A stretch of 64,000 nucleotides of DNA. Origin: Alphaproteobacteria bacterium (lineage in GTDB: Bacteria; Pseudomonadota; Alphaproteobacteria; UBA7887). The DNA is taken from assembly GCA_965216755.1 (NCBI GenBank), contig CBDCGL010000011.1, forward strand, positions 3,520,001-3,584,000, in the 5' to 3' direction. The position numbers and the translations under genes were made by a program. Positions 39,291-48,824 of this stretch are shown piece by piece. Position 1 is the first letter of the stretch; each line of letters opens with the position of its first letter. The notes below the pieces were generated by a model that was given only the letters and a program-made list of their open reading frames with translations, ran no database searches and was not told where the DNA came from.

Positions 39291-39872
39291 ATGTTGCAGC
39301 GTTTGTATGATCGCATTATGGCACTCGCCGCCCACCGCCACGCCTTGTGGGGCCTGGCCGGCGTGTCATTCGTGGAAAGCTCGGTATTTCCGATTCCGCC
39401 AGACGTCATGCTGATTCCCATGGTCTTGGCGGAACGTCGACGCGCCTGGACCATCGCCGCCGTGTGCACGATCGCGTCGGTGCTTGGTGGTCTGCTCGGC
39501 TATCTGATCGGCTTCGCGTTGTGGGAAGCGGTCGGCGCACCCCTGGTCGCTTTGTACGGCTATGAAGACAAGTTCGCCACGTTTACCGGGCACTACAATG
39601 AGTGGGGCGCGTGGATTGTGTTCGCCGCCGGCATCACGCCGTTCCCATACAAAGTGATCACCATCGCCAGCGGCGTCGCCCATTTGGACGTGGTGGTCTT
39701 TGTCGTGGCGTCGGTCTTGGCGCGGGGGATTCGCTTTTATTTCGAGGCCGGTTTGCTTTATGCCTTCGGCGAACCGATTCGCGGCTTTATCGAACGAAAT
39801 TTGGCGTTGCTGACGGTGATTTTCACGGTGTTGCTGTTCGCCGGCTTTTTGGTCATCGAGTGGCTGATTTGA
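39291..39872 (+). CDS. YqaA/DedA family membrane protein
   Basis: SFVESSVFPIPPD, TPFPYKV, ARGIRF. Confidence 0.9.
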   Translation: MLQRLYDRIMALAAHRHALWGLAGVSFVESSVFPIPPDVMLIPMVLAERRRAWTIAAVCTIASVLGGLLGYLIGFALWEAVGAPLVALYGYEDKFATFTGHYNEWGAWIVFAAGITPFPYKVITIASGVAHLDVVVFVVASVLARGIRFYFEAGLLYAFGEPIRGFIERNLALLTVIFTVLLFAGFLVIEWLI

Positions 39873-39932
39873 CGCCGTGGCTATAACACGCATCAATCAC
39901 CGAGCCGCGTGCGTCGCTATATAAGGACGGTC

Positions 39933-40478
39933 ATGGTTGCACTGAACCAAACAGAATTGAAAACGCGCGCTCTCGACGCGCGATTTTTCTTCACGACGCT
40001 GCTGGCCGTTTGTGTGGTGATTTTGGGCTCGGCCTTGCTCAGCCAATTTGTCGGCGGCTTGTTTCCGTGCGAGCTGTGTTTGCTGCAGCGGATCCCCTAC
40101 GACATTGTCATCCCGATCAGCGCGATCGGCGCGGTCATCGCCTGGCGTCGCGGCCACGGGGCGCCGACACCGCTGTTGATTGCCATGGCCGCGGTGTGCG
40201 CCTTGGCGCTGGCCGCGGGTGCCGCCGTGGCCGGGTTTCATGTCGGTGTCGAGCAAGGTTGGTGGCAGGGCACAGAGTCCTGCACCGGCGGCGATGTCGG
40301 TCAAGACCTAGATGCCTTGCGCGCCGCGATCCTGGAAGCGCCGGCGGTGCGTTGCGATGAGGTCGCGTTCGAGTTGTTCGGCGTGTCGATGGCCGGATGG
40401 AACTTCCTGGCCTCGGTCGGCATGGTCGGCGTGATGACGTGGGTGGTGGTCACCTGGCTGCGGCCGCGGGCGGCATGA
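39933..40478 (+). CDS. dsbB: disulfide bond formation protein B
   Basis: PCELCLLQR, HVGVE, second Cys pair, SMAGWN. Confidence 0.88.
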   Translation: MVALNQTELKTRALDARFFFTTLLAVCVVILGSALLSQFVGGLFPCELCLLQRIPYDIVIPISAIGAVIAWRRGHGAPTPLLIAMAAVCALALAAGAAVAGFHVGVEQGWWQGTESCTGGDVGQDLDALRAAILEAPAVRCDEVAFELFGVSMAGWNFLASVGMVGVMTWVVVTWLRPRAA

Positions 40479-41053
40479 GCGACACGCCAAGAGCAACTGG
40501 ACAGCGCCAAACCGCCGCCGGTCGGATTCCCGGCGACCTCACCAAAGCGCAACTGATCGCGCGCATGATCCGTGTCGATCATGCCGGCGAGTTGGGTGCC
40601 ACACGCATTTATGACGGTCAACTGGCGGTGTTGCGACGGACTAAAGCCGGCCCAGTCATCCAAGCCATGGCTGATCAGGAACAGCGACATCTGAAGGCGT
40701 TCGACAAACTGATGGTCGAACGCCGCGTGCGGCCGACGGTCTTGAGCCCGGTCTGGCACGCGGCTGGGTTCGCACTCGGTGCGGCCTCGGCGCTGCTTGG
40801 GTCCAACGCCGCAATGGCATGCACGGAGGCGGTCGAAACCGAGATCGAGGGGCACTACGCCCGACAGGCGGCCTTGCTCGGTGATGACGAGGCGGATCTA
40901 CGGTCGACCATCGAAGACTTTCGCGCCGACGAAATCGCCCATCGCGATACGGCGGTGGCGTCCGGCGCCGAACAGGCCGTTGGGCATCGGACATTGCGTG
41001 GCGCCGTGCGCGCCGGCACGCGGTTGGCGATCTGGCTGTCGGAACGGGTCTGA
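40475..41053 (+). CDS. coq7: demethoxyubiquinone hydroxylase
   Basis: RVDHAGE, AMACTEAVE, DEIAH; ATGA overlap with dsbB. Confidence 0.92.
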   Translation: MSDTPRATGQRQTAAGRIPGDLTKAQLIARMIRVDHAGELGATRIYDGQLAVLRRTKAGPVIQAMADQEQRHLKAFDKLMVERRVRPTVLSPVWHAAGFALGAASALLGSNAAMACTEAVETEIEGHYARQAALLGDDEADLRSTIEDFRADEIAHRDTAVASGAEQAVGHRTLRGAVRAGTRLAIWLSERV

Positions 41054-41196
41054 ACAGCACGCGTCATCGTCTGCGCGCAGCCCAGCTCATCGCACGACGC
41101 CGGTTGACGGCTCTGTCAAATCGGATCCAACGTGCCAAGTGAACACGCTGCCCTAGGGCTGCAACTCTTGGCATCGGCGCGTCGCTGGAGGACCCG

Positions 41197-42306
41197 ATGA
41201 AAATCACAGATGTCACCCTGACGTTGTTCGCTTGGGACGATATTCCCGCCACCGGCTACGGCCATCACACGGGTCGGTTCGAAGGCCAAAGCCAACTTGG
41301 GCTGCTGACGATTGCAACTGACGAGGGCGTACGCGGCCACGCTTTCTTGGGCAGCGCCATGAACAGCGCCGCGCATGACGGGGCGGTGCTGATCGCCAAA
41401 CTCAAACCGATCCTGATCGGCGCCGATCCTCTCGACCGCGAACGACTCTACGATCACATCGATCATCGTCGCCGGTATGTGCCGTTTCGGGGCATCGGCG
41501 CGGTTGACATCGCGCTTTGGGATATTGCCGGCAAAGTCGCCAACCTGCCGATTCACCGATTGCTCGGCACTTATCGGCACAGCGTGCCCGCCTATGCCTC
41601 GTCGGCCGTATTGGCGTCGGGGGAGGCCTATGCCGAGGACGCGGTCAAGTTTCGCGAAGATAGGTGGGCAGCCTACAAGATCCACCCACCAGCTGAATGG
41701 CAACAGGATATCGAGGTTTGCCATGCGGTGCGGCGCGCGGTCGGCGACGACTTTCGGGTCATGCTCGACGCGACCTGGAGCTATAGCTATGAGCACGCGT
41801 TGCGGGTCGGTCGCGCCATCGAGGAACTCGGCTTTTATTGGTACGAAGATCCGCTTGCCGACGACGATATTTACAACTGCATCAAGCTGCGCGAGAAGCT
41901 CGACATACCGCTGATGGCGACAGAATATTCACCTGGCGGTTTCACGGCCTACGCGCCCTGGATTCTGAACCGCGCGACCGACTATTTGCGCGGCGACGTG
42001 GCAGTCAAGGGCGGCATAACTGCAGTGGTCAAGACTGCCCATCTCGCCGAAGCGTTCGGCATGAACTACGAAGTCCATCATGGCGGCAATTCGCTCAACA
42101 ACTGGGCCAACCTGCACGCCGTCTGCGCGATCAAGAACACCCAGTTTTTTGAGGTGCTGTTGCCGCACGGCGCGCACAAATACGGGCTGGTTGAGGATCT
42201 GGACATCGATCGTGATGGTCACGTCCACGCGCCGGACAAACCCGGGTTGGGCGCCGAGATCGATTTCGACCTGATCGAAAAGAAAAAAATCGCCGTCTTG
42301 TCGTAG
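41197..42306 (+). CDS. mandelate racemase/muconate lactonizing enzyme family
   Basis: DIALWDIAGK, YKIH, MLD, YEDP, PGLG. Confidence 0.88.
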   Translation: MKITDVTLTLFAWDDIPATGYGHHTGRFEGQSQLGLLTIATDEGVRGHAFLGSAMNSAAHDGAVLIAKLKPILIGADPLDRERLYDHIDHRRRYVPFRGIGAVDIALWDIAGKVANLPIHRLLGTYRHSVPAYASSAVLASGEAYAEDAVKFREDRWAAYKIHPPAEWQQDIEVCHAVRRAVGDDFRVMLDATWSYSYEHALRVGRAIEELGFYWYEDPLADDDIYNCIKLREKLDIPLMATEYSPGGFTAYAPWILNRATDYLRGDVAVKGGITAVVKTAHLAEAFGMNYEVHHGGNSLNNWANLHAVCAIKNTQFFEVLLPHGAHKYGLVEDLDIDRDGHVHAPDKPGLGAEIDFDLIEKKKIAVLS

Positions 42307-42327
42307 CAACTCCGGCGCAAGCGTGCG

Positions 42328-42885
42328 CTATACGCGGTCCAATTCCGTGTCCCAATACAGGAAATCACGCCAGCTTTCGTGCAGATAATTGGGCGGATAG
42401 CGCCGGCCCATATCCTGCAGCTGGTAGGTGTCCGGCGCGTAAGGCGCCCGCCTCGGCTTAAGCCCACTCTCGGTCGGGGTGCGATTGCCCTTGTTCAAAT
42501 TGCATCCTGCGCAGGCGGTTACCACATTTTCCCAACTGGTCACGCCGCCACGCGAACGCGGTACGACATGGTCGAAGGTCAAATCACGCGTATCGTATGA
42601 GTCGCCGCAATATTGGCAGGCGAAACCATCGCGCAAAAACACGTTGAAACGGGTGAACGCGGGCCTGCGCGTTGCCGGGATATAGCGTTTCAGCGAAATT
42701 ACGCTCGGCAGACGCAATTGGAACGAGGGTGAGCGCGCAACCTGGTCGTATTCGGCAACGATATTGACGCGATCTAGAAACACGGCCTTGACCGCGTCTT
42801 GCCACGGCCACAGCGACAGGGGGAAATAGCTAAGAGGCCGATAATCAGCGTTTAGGACCAAGGCCGGGCAGTTTTCCAAAGACAT
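42328..42885 (-). CDS. HNH endonuclease (McrA-like)
   Basis: LVLNADYRPL, CQYCG, TFDHVVPRSRGG, CAGCN. Confidence 0.9.
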   Translation of the reverse strand: MSLENCPALVLNADYRPLSYFPLSLWPWQDAVKAVFLDRVNIVAEYDQVARSPSFQLRLPSVISLKRYIPATRRPAFTRFNVFLRDGFACQYCGDSYDTRDLTFDHVVPRSRGGVTSWENVVTACAGCNLNKGNRTPTESGLKPRRAPYAPDTYQLQDMGRRYPPNYLHESWRDFLYWDTELDRV

Positions 42886-43036
42886 CGATTTCGCTCATGC
42901 ACGCGCCGTAGCCCGCTTATACGACACAAAGTTTTGCGCTCCGCAGCACACCTTAACTGGTTGATGTGACAGCAACATGGCCGCGAGCCTATAGGAATCG
43001 CCTGAAATCGGCAATGGCGACCCCGGTCGCCTGTAA

Positions 43037-43711
43037 TCACGGTTGCCTTTGCGCGCCAAAACACATGCTCAGAAATCGCCCGCCCGAGGCGAGGCCGCCA
43101 GTGTCGATACTATGGCCAAGTCCCGGACAAACATGCCACTCCACCGTCAGTCCGGCGGCGCCGAGATCATCGACCGCTTGATGCAACGCAGCCACCGGCA
43201 CCACGTCATCGGCGTCACCATGGATCAACATCACCGGCGGCTTTGCGGTGATCTCATTGGCGAGTGATTCCGCCCCGACCAGCGCGCCCGAATAGCCGAG
43301 CACGCCGGCAATCGGCAAACCACGGCGCAGGGCGACAAAAAGCGCCATCATCGTGCCCTGGCTAAATCCGACCAAGGCAACCTGGTCGGCCGGCACACCC
43401 GTGTCGGCCAAGGCTTGATCTATATACGCGTCGAGAAGCGGCGCGGCACGACGGGCACCTTCCAACATGCCGGCCGGCCCAAAATCACGCAGCGAGAACC
43501 ATTGATACCCCATCGGTGCCATGTCGCATGGAAAGGGTGCGTTGGGCGACATGAACTGGGCGTCCGGCAAGAGCTGCTCCCAATGCGGCGCCAAGCCGAT
43601 CAAGTCCTGGCCATCGGACCCCAAACCATGCAACAGGATCACCAGGCGACGCGGCTGGCCGCCGGATCTTGGTTTGCGGATCGGTCCACGAAGCGGCGCG
43701 ACATTGTCCAT
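43037..43711 (-). CDS. phospholipase/carboxylesterase
   Basis: LLHGLG, GFSQG, HGDADDVV, GHSI. Confidence 0.9.
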   Translation of the reverse strand: MDNVAPLRGPIRKPRSGGQPRRLVILLHGLGSDGQDLIGLAPHWEQLLPDAQFMSPNAPFPCDMAPMGYQWFSLRDFGPAGMLEGARRAAPLLDAYIDQALADTGVPADQVALVGFSQGTMMALFVALRRGLPIAGVLGYSGALVGAESLANEITAKPPVMLIHGDADDVVPVAALHQAVDDLGAAGLTVEWHVCPGLGHSIDTGGLASGGRFLSMCFGAQRQP

Positions 43712-43876
43712 TTACGATTCCATCGATTAAGGTGCGCGCCGCGACATTCGGTCGCGCCTGAGGCCTGGCGCAGCACGTACCTCGCGCGGTTCAGGTGCCG
43801 CGCGTTATTCTATTGATCTAGCCCGTTATCCGCGACAAGTCTCGCCGCCCGCGCCGTAAAATTCGGGATCATTTCC

Positions 43877-44722
43877 GTGTCAGAGATTGTGGTCACGCGA
43901 TTCGCGCCCAGCCCAACGGGATTCTTGCATCTCGGCCACGCGTTTTCGGCGCTATTTGCATGGCGCGCGGCGCGCGCACGCAGGGGGCGGTTTTTGTTGC
44001 GGATCGAAGACATCGATCGCGGCCGCTGCCGGCCGGATTTTGAGGCAGCGATTCTGGAGGACCTGTCTTGGCTCGGGATCGACTGGGATGGCGCGGTGCG
44101 GCGCCAGTCGGCGTGTATGGCCGACTATGCCGATGCCATCAAGCAGCTTGAGGCACGCGGGCTGTTATATCCCTGCTTTTGTACCCGCGCCGAGATTGGC
44201 GCCGAAATCGAAAATGCCGGGGCCGCGCCGCACGGCCCGGACGGCCCGCATTATCCGGGGACCTGCAAGCGCCTTTCGGCCGACCAGCGCGAATCACGGC
44301 TGGCTGCGGGCACGCCGTTTGCGCTACGCTTAGACATGAACCGGGCGGCTGACGTGACCGGGCCACTGACCTGGCGCGATGTCGGCAAAGGCGACCAAAA
44401 AGCCGTGCCGGACATCGCAGGCGATGTGGTTATCGCGCGCAAGGACACACCAACCAGTTATCATCTGGCGGTCACTCTCGACGATCATATCCAAGGCGTG
44501 AGCTTGGTGACGCGGGGCTACGACTTGTTTCACGCCACCCACGTACACCGCGCTTTGCAAGCCCTTTTGGGCCTGGTTGAGCCAGTCTGGCAACACCATC
44601 CCTTGATCACCGACTCCAACGGCCGTCGCTTGGCCAAACGCCATCGCGCGATGACCGTGCGCGGTTTGCGCCAAGCAGGCAAGACGGCAGCCGAAGTCCG
44701 CGCTATGGTGGGCATGGAGTAG
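43877..44722 (+). CDS. gluQRS: tRNA glutamyl-Q(34) synthetase
   Basis: RFAPSPTGFLHLGH, LRIEDID, YPCFCTR, RLAKR; no anticodon domain. Confidence 0.92.
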   Translation: MSEIVVTRFAPSPTGFLHLGHAFSALFAWRAARARRGRFLLRIEDIDRGRCRPDFEAAILEDLSWLGIDWDGAVRRQSACMADYADAIKQLEARGLLYPCFCTRAEIGAEIENAGAAPHGPDGPHYPGTCKRLSADQRESRLAAGTPFALRLDMNRAADVTGPLTWRDVGKGDQKAVPDIAGDVVIARKDTPTSYHLAVTLDDHIQGVSLVTRGYDLFHATHVHRALQALLGLVEPVWQHHPLITDSNGRRLAKRHRAMTVRGLRQAGKTAAEVRAMVGME

Positions 44723-44778
44723 TCTGGCGCAGCTTTTGCGGCAGACGGTTTGACACCTCATAGTTGGGGACCTTGTAT

Positions 44779-45411
44779 ATGGCGGAAATCGTTCTCTACG
44801 GCAGCCCACTCAGCACCTACACGCGCAGCGCGCGCATGGCACTGGTCGAAAAGGGGGTCGACTACGAGCTGGTCGCGCAACAGCCTGGTTCTGACGAGAA
44901 TCGTGCGCTCCATCCGTTCGGCAAGATTCCGGTTTTGCGCCGCGGCGATTTCACGGTATTTGAGGCCGTTGCCATCATGCGCTATGTGGACGAAGCGCTC
45001 GATGGCCCCGCGCTGCAGCCGGACGATGTTGAAATGCGCGCGGTGATGACCCAATGGCTCAGCGCGACCTTGGATTACTATTACCCGACCATGGTGCGTG
45101 GCTTGGTGATCCCGCGCCTGGTGCATCCACAGCGCGGCATTGAGCCCGATGAAGCGGCCATAGCCGCGGTGATCCCGGAGGTCGACAAGCAATTGCTTAT
45201 CTTATCCGGTGCGCTTCAGGACCATCTTTATCTCGCCGGCGACACAGCCAGTTTGGCCGATCTGTTGATGCTGCCGATCATGTTCTATGTCAATTTCACG
45301 GGCGAAGGCCGCGAATTGATCGGCAAGTCGCCGCGGTTGCTCAGATGGCTAGAGACCATGGGGCAACGGGCCAGCGACAAGGAAACCCTGCCGCCGCTCG
45401 GCGACTCGTAA
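44779..45411 (+). CDS. glutathione S-transferase family protein
   Basis: STYTR, EKGV, HPFGKIP, IMRYVDE, SLADL. Confidence 0.9.
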   Translation: MAEIVLYGSPLSTYTRSARMALVEKGVDYELVAQQPGSDENRALHPFGKIPVLRRGDFTVFEAVAIMRYVDEALDGPALQPDDVEMRAVMTQWLSATLDYYYPTMVRGLVIPRLVHPQRGIEPDEAAIAAVIPEVDKQLLILSGALQDHLYLAGDTASLADLLMLPIMFYVNFTGEGRELIGKSPRLLRWLETMGQRASDKETLPPLGDS

Positions 45412-45416
45412 TCTGG

Positions 45417-45511
45417 TTTCGGTGACAGTTTACTAAATACACAACATTTTGTGTGCTTACGTTTCGGGTCACAATATTTTGTGTATTTAGTAAACTGTCA
45501 CCGAAATAAAC
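45417..45511. repeat. 84-bp palindromic element, copy 3 (core 45420-45503)
   Basis: TTTCGGTGACAGTTTACTAAATACACAA...TTGTGTATTTAGTAAACTGTCACCGAAA. Confidence 0.9.
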
Positions 45512-45517
45512 TCGTTA

Positions 45518-45823
45518 TCAGGACACGACGACCACAGACGTCACGCCGATGATCGCCCGGCAGCGGGCGGCCAGGCGCGTGGCGACGGCATCGCTCACAT
45601 CCCGAACCCAGATATCGATCATCAACGCGTCACCGGGAAGTTGATCAAGATTCATGCGTGTCGGGACGAGGTTGCGCAGGGCCAATTGCTCGACAATGCG
45701 CGGCAACGTGCCCGGCGTGGCATCGGCGCGAATTGTCAAACGCACGGTCGCCGCTGTGGCGGGCCGATCGGCGCGCGATGAACTTGTGGTGGCGCTACTT
45801 GTGGCGGTCGTGGGGGCAGACAT
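45518..45823 (-). CDS. small stand-alone ACT-like domain protein
   Basis: IRADATPGTLPRIVEQLALRNLVP...IIGVTSV pattern. Confidence 0.7.
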   Translation of the reverse strand: MSAPTTATSSATTSSSRADRPATAATVRLTIRADATPGTLPRIVEQLALRNLVPTRMNLDQLPGDALMIDIWVRDVSDAVATRLAARCRAIIGVTSVVVVS

Positions 45824-45942
45824 GTCTCAACAACTCTCTTGGCGTGGTGGCGCGGCACAGCGACGGTTCCCGGCCCCGACGAAGGGCCGGGCCGATAATG
45901 AGCCGAAGCAAAACCACCATTTGCTGCCGTGTTGAGAACATG
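45795..45942 (-). promoter_or_regulatory. putative branched-chain amino acid leader peptide/attenuator
   Basis: uORF MFSTRQQMVVLLRLII...; GC hairpin 45869-45891; complementarity to downstream start region. Confidence 0.55.
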
Positions 45943-46027
45943 ACCGGCGCACGGTAGGTGTTCGCCCAAAGCACGTCAACCCCGTTATACTTCGTGCGTC
46001 CAGCATGACAGCCGGACGCAAAGGAGC

Positions 46028-47698
46028 ATGAAACGAACCATGGTGACGGCCATTACGACAGTTGCGGAAGCGGACCTGATCGCCAAGTGCCGCGCGGCCT
46101 TGGACGCCGCGACCGGACTCGAAGCCGCCAGCCGCGCCGCCGTGGCGCGCCGCGTGACACGCGATGGCCGCGTCGACCCCGCGTGCATGGATCAACAACA
46201 AAGGCTGGCGCATGGTTATGCGTGGCTGGCGACCTATGCGTGTGCGTTGGACCAGATGGCAGCGTGGGCGACTCGTCTCGAAGCCGGTGGCCGCTTCACG
46301 TGGCTGGAAGCGCAAATACTGCGCGTCGCGTTCGCCGAGTATTTGGCACAATTGGTCGGTGGTATTGCCATGAGCCAAAGCGAGATCGTGCGCCCGCAAG
46401 ATCTGGGCGTCGATCGCGATGCGATTGACCGTGTGTCCGCCGCGGCAGCCGAGTTTTCAGCCGATGATTTGGCCGCGGCGCGGGCCGACATTGCGGCCGC
46501 CGCGGGCGATGGCCGCTACGGTGATCCAGCTTTCGATGACAGCACGTTAAAGGCGATCGGCGAACAGTTTCGTCGCTTCGCCGACGATCGGATCGTTGCC
46601 GATGCCGATCGGTGGCACCGCGACGATGTTTTGATTGATGATGGGGTCGTCGAGGCCATGGCAGGGATGGGCGTTTTCGGCCTGACCATGCCCGAGTCGT
46701 TTGGCGGCGCCGGTCTCGGCAAAGTGGCGATGTGCCTGGTGACTGAGGAATTGAGTCGCGGCTTCCTTGGTGCGGGCTCGCTGAGCACACGTTCGGAAAT
46801 CGCTGCGGAATTGGTGCTCAATCATGGCACCGATGCGCAAAAGGCGCGTTGGTTGCCGGGTATTGTTGGCGGCACGATATTGCCGACCGCCGCGTTCACC
46901 GAACCGGACGTCGGCTCCGATCTCGGAAACTTGAAAACGCGCGCGGTGCGCGACCGCGACGTCTACCGCGTGACCGGCGCCAAAACCTGGATGACCCACG
47001 GCGGTCGCGCCGATGTTATGACCTTGCTCGCGCGTACAGGCCCGCAAGACTCGGGCTATCGCGGCCTGAGCATGTTCTTAGCCCCAAAACCGCGTGGCAC
47101 CGAAGACGATCCGTTTCCGGCCACGGGCATGAGCGGCAGCGAAATCCGCGTGCTTGGCTATCGGGGCATGAAGGAATATGCGGTTGGCTTCGACGGCTTT
47201 GCGGTTGCCGCCGACGGTCTGCTGGGCGGTATTGAGGGGCAGGGGTTCAAGCAACTGATGGCGGGGTTCGAAACGGCGCGAATTCAAACCGCTGCACGCG
47301 CGGTTGGGGTCGCCCAAAGCGCATTGGAACTGGCCGCCGGCTACGCGGGTGCGCGACACCAGTTCGGACGGCCGATCGCCGCCTTTCCACGAGTCGCCGA
47401 CAAACTGGCGTGGATGGCGGTTGAAACCATGATTGCGCGCCAGTTGACCTGGTATGCGGCGCGTGAAAAAGACAGCGGCCACCGCTGCGACCTGCAAGCT
47501 GGCATGGCCAAGCTGTTGGCTGCGCGGGTGGCCTGGTCCGGCGCCGACAGCGCGGTCCAGATCCACGGCGGCAACGGCTATGCCGAGGAATATTCCGTCA
47601 GCCGGGTTTTGGTGGACGCACGTATCCTCAACATATTCGAGGGCGCCGCTGAGATTCAGGCGCACATCATCGCCCGCCGCCTGTTTGGCGGCAACTGA
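46028..47698 (+). CDS. acyl-CoA dehydrogenase, (2S)-methylsuccinyl-CoA dehydrogenase-like
   Basis: N-terminal extension (AHGYAWLATY), FTEPDVGSDL, VLGYRGMKEY, QIHGGNGY, IFEGAAEIQ. Confidence 0.88.
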   Translation: MKRTMVTAITTVAEADLIAKCRAALDAATGLEAASRAAVARRVTRDGRVDPACMDQQQRLAHGYAWLATYACALDQMAAWATRLEAGGRFTWLEAQILRVAFAEYLAQLVGGIAMSQSEIVRPQDLGVDRDAIDRVSAAAAEFSADDLAAARADIAAAAGDGRYGDPAFDDSTLKAIGEQFRRFADDRIVADADRWHRDDVLIDDGVVEAMAGMGVFGLTMPESFGGAGLGKVAMCLVTEELSRGFLGAGSLSTRSEIAAELVLNHGTDAQKARWLPGIVGGTILPTAAFTEPDVGSDLGNLKTRAVRDRDVYRVTGAKTWMTHGGRADVMTLLARTGPQDSGYRGLSMFLAPKPRGTEDDPFPATGMSGSEIRVLGYRGMKEYAVGFDGFAVAADGLLGGIEGQGFKQLMAGFETARIQTAARAVGVAQSALELAAGYAGARHQFGRPIAAFPRVADKLAWMAVETMIARQLTWYAAREKDSGHRCDLQAGMAKLLAARVAWSGADSAVQIHGGNGYAEEYSVSRVLVDARILNIFEGAAEIQAHIIARRLFGGN

Positions 47699-47709
47699 TC
47701 ACCCGGCCC

Positions 47710-47916
47710 ATGGACGCGCTGTCCGCTATTTTTCCGATGTTGATTTTCATGGCCTTGGCGGCGGTTCTAATTGTGTTGGCCGTTGGTTTGATTGCCATGT
47801 TCCGCGGTGGTGAATTTAACCGCCGATATGGCAACAAGCTGATGCGGCTTAGGGTCATTTTGCAGGCGGTCGCGGTGCTCTTGATCGTCTTGTTTTTAGC
47901 ATTCATTCGGGGATGA
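47710..47916 (+). CDS. twin transmembrane helix (HIG1-like) small protein
   Basis: TM-GGEFN..NKLMRLRV..Q-TM. Confidence 0.85.
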   Translation: MDALSAIFPMLIFMALAAVLIVLAVGLIAMFRGGEFNRRYGNKLMRLRVILQAVAVLLIVLFLAFIRG

Positions 47917-47938
47917 CCGGCGGGGGCCGTTGGTCGCG

Positions 47939-47979
47939 TTGACTTTGCCGCAGGGTGAACCTAGTGTGGCAGTGCAGCA
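47939..47979 (+). promoter_or_regulatory. sigma70-like etfB promoter with PhaR-type motif
   Basis: TTGACT-N17-TAGTGT then GGCAGTGCAGCA. Confidence 0.5.
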
Positions 47980-48074
47980 TAAGCCGCCGCGCACGCGACT
48001 GGGCGCCATTGTGAATTGCGCAAAGATGACCGAGCGGTGGCTCATTCATTGATGAAAAATGGAGCGATCGGGCG

Positions 48075-48824
48075 ATGAAGGTTCTCGTCGCGGTGAAACG
48101 CGTGATTGATTACAACGTCAAGATCCGGGTCAGGACCGACAATTCCGGGGTCGAGACTGCCAATGTCAAAATGTCGATGAATCCGTTCGACGAAATTGCG
48201 GTCGAAGAGGCAATACGCCTCAAAGAGGCGGGCACCGTGAGCGAAATTATCGCCGTGTCCATGGGTGTGCAGCAATGCCAAGAGACCCTGCGAACGGCTT
48301 TCGCCATGGGCGCCGACCGTGGCATTCATGTGTTGACCGACGATGTTTTGGAGCCGCTTGCCGTTGCCAAATTGTTGGCGGCGATCGCTGCCGCGGAGTC
48401 GCCCGAGATAATCATCCTGGGCAAGCAAGCCATCGACGATGATGCCAATCAAACCGGCCAAATGCTGGCCGCATTGCTCGGTTGGCCGCAAGGCACCTTT
48501 GCCTCGAAGGTGGCGATCGCCGATGGTGCTATGGATGTGACACGCGAGGTCGATGGCGGTCTCGAGACGGTTAGTTTGAAACTGCCGGCGGTGGTCACAA
48601 CAGATCTGCGCTTGAACGAACCGCGCTACGCGTCCCTTCCCAACATCATGAAAGCGAAAAAGAAACCGATCGACCAAAAGACGCCGGCTGACTTTGGCGT
48701 CGATATCGCGCCGCGCCTGACCACCCTGAGAGTGACTGAACCGCCCAAGCGCGAAGCCGGAATCAGGGTGGAAACGGTCGACGAGTTGGTGGCCAAATTA
48801 AAAGACGACGCGGGAGTGATCTGA
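48075..48824 (+). CDS. etfB: electron transfer flavoprotein beta subunit
   Basis: [30 protein letters not shown]. Confidence 0.96.
   Translation: MKVLVAVKRVIDYNVKIRVRTDNSGVETANVKMSMNPFDEIAVEEAIRLKEAGTVSEIIAVSMGVQQCQETLRTAFAMGADRGIHVLTDDVLEPLAVAKLLAAIAAAESPEIIILGKQAIDDDANQTGQMLAALLGWPQGTFASKVAIADGAMDVTREVDGGLETVSLKLPAVVTTDLRLNEPRYASLPNIMKAKKKPIDQKTPADFGVDIAPRLTTLRVTEPPKREAGIRVETVDELVAKLKDDAGVI

Noticed and set aside
42328-42885. HNH nuclease as a mobile or defence element
   Set aside because: Looks like the widespread stand-alone chromosomal family; host-like composition, no methylase or flanking repeats.
9011-45511. CRISPR interpretation of the repeats with unique cores
   Set aside because: Arms are inverted and copies are kilobases apart; no direct-repeat array or cas genes.
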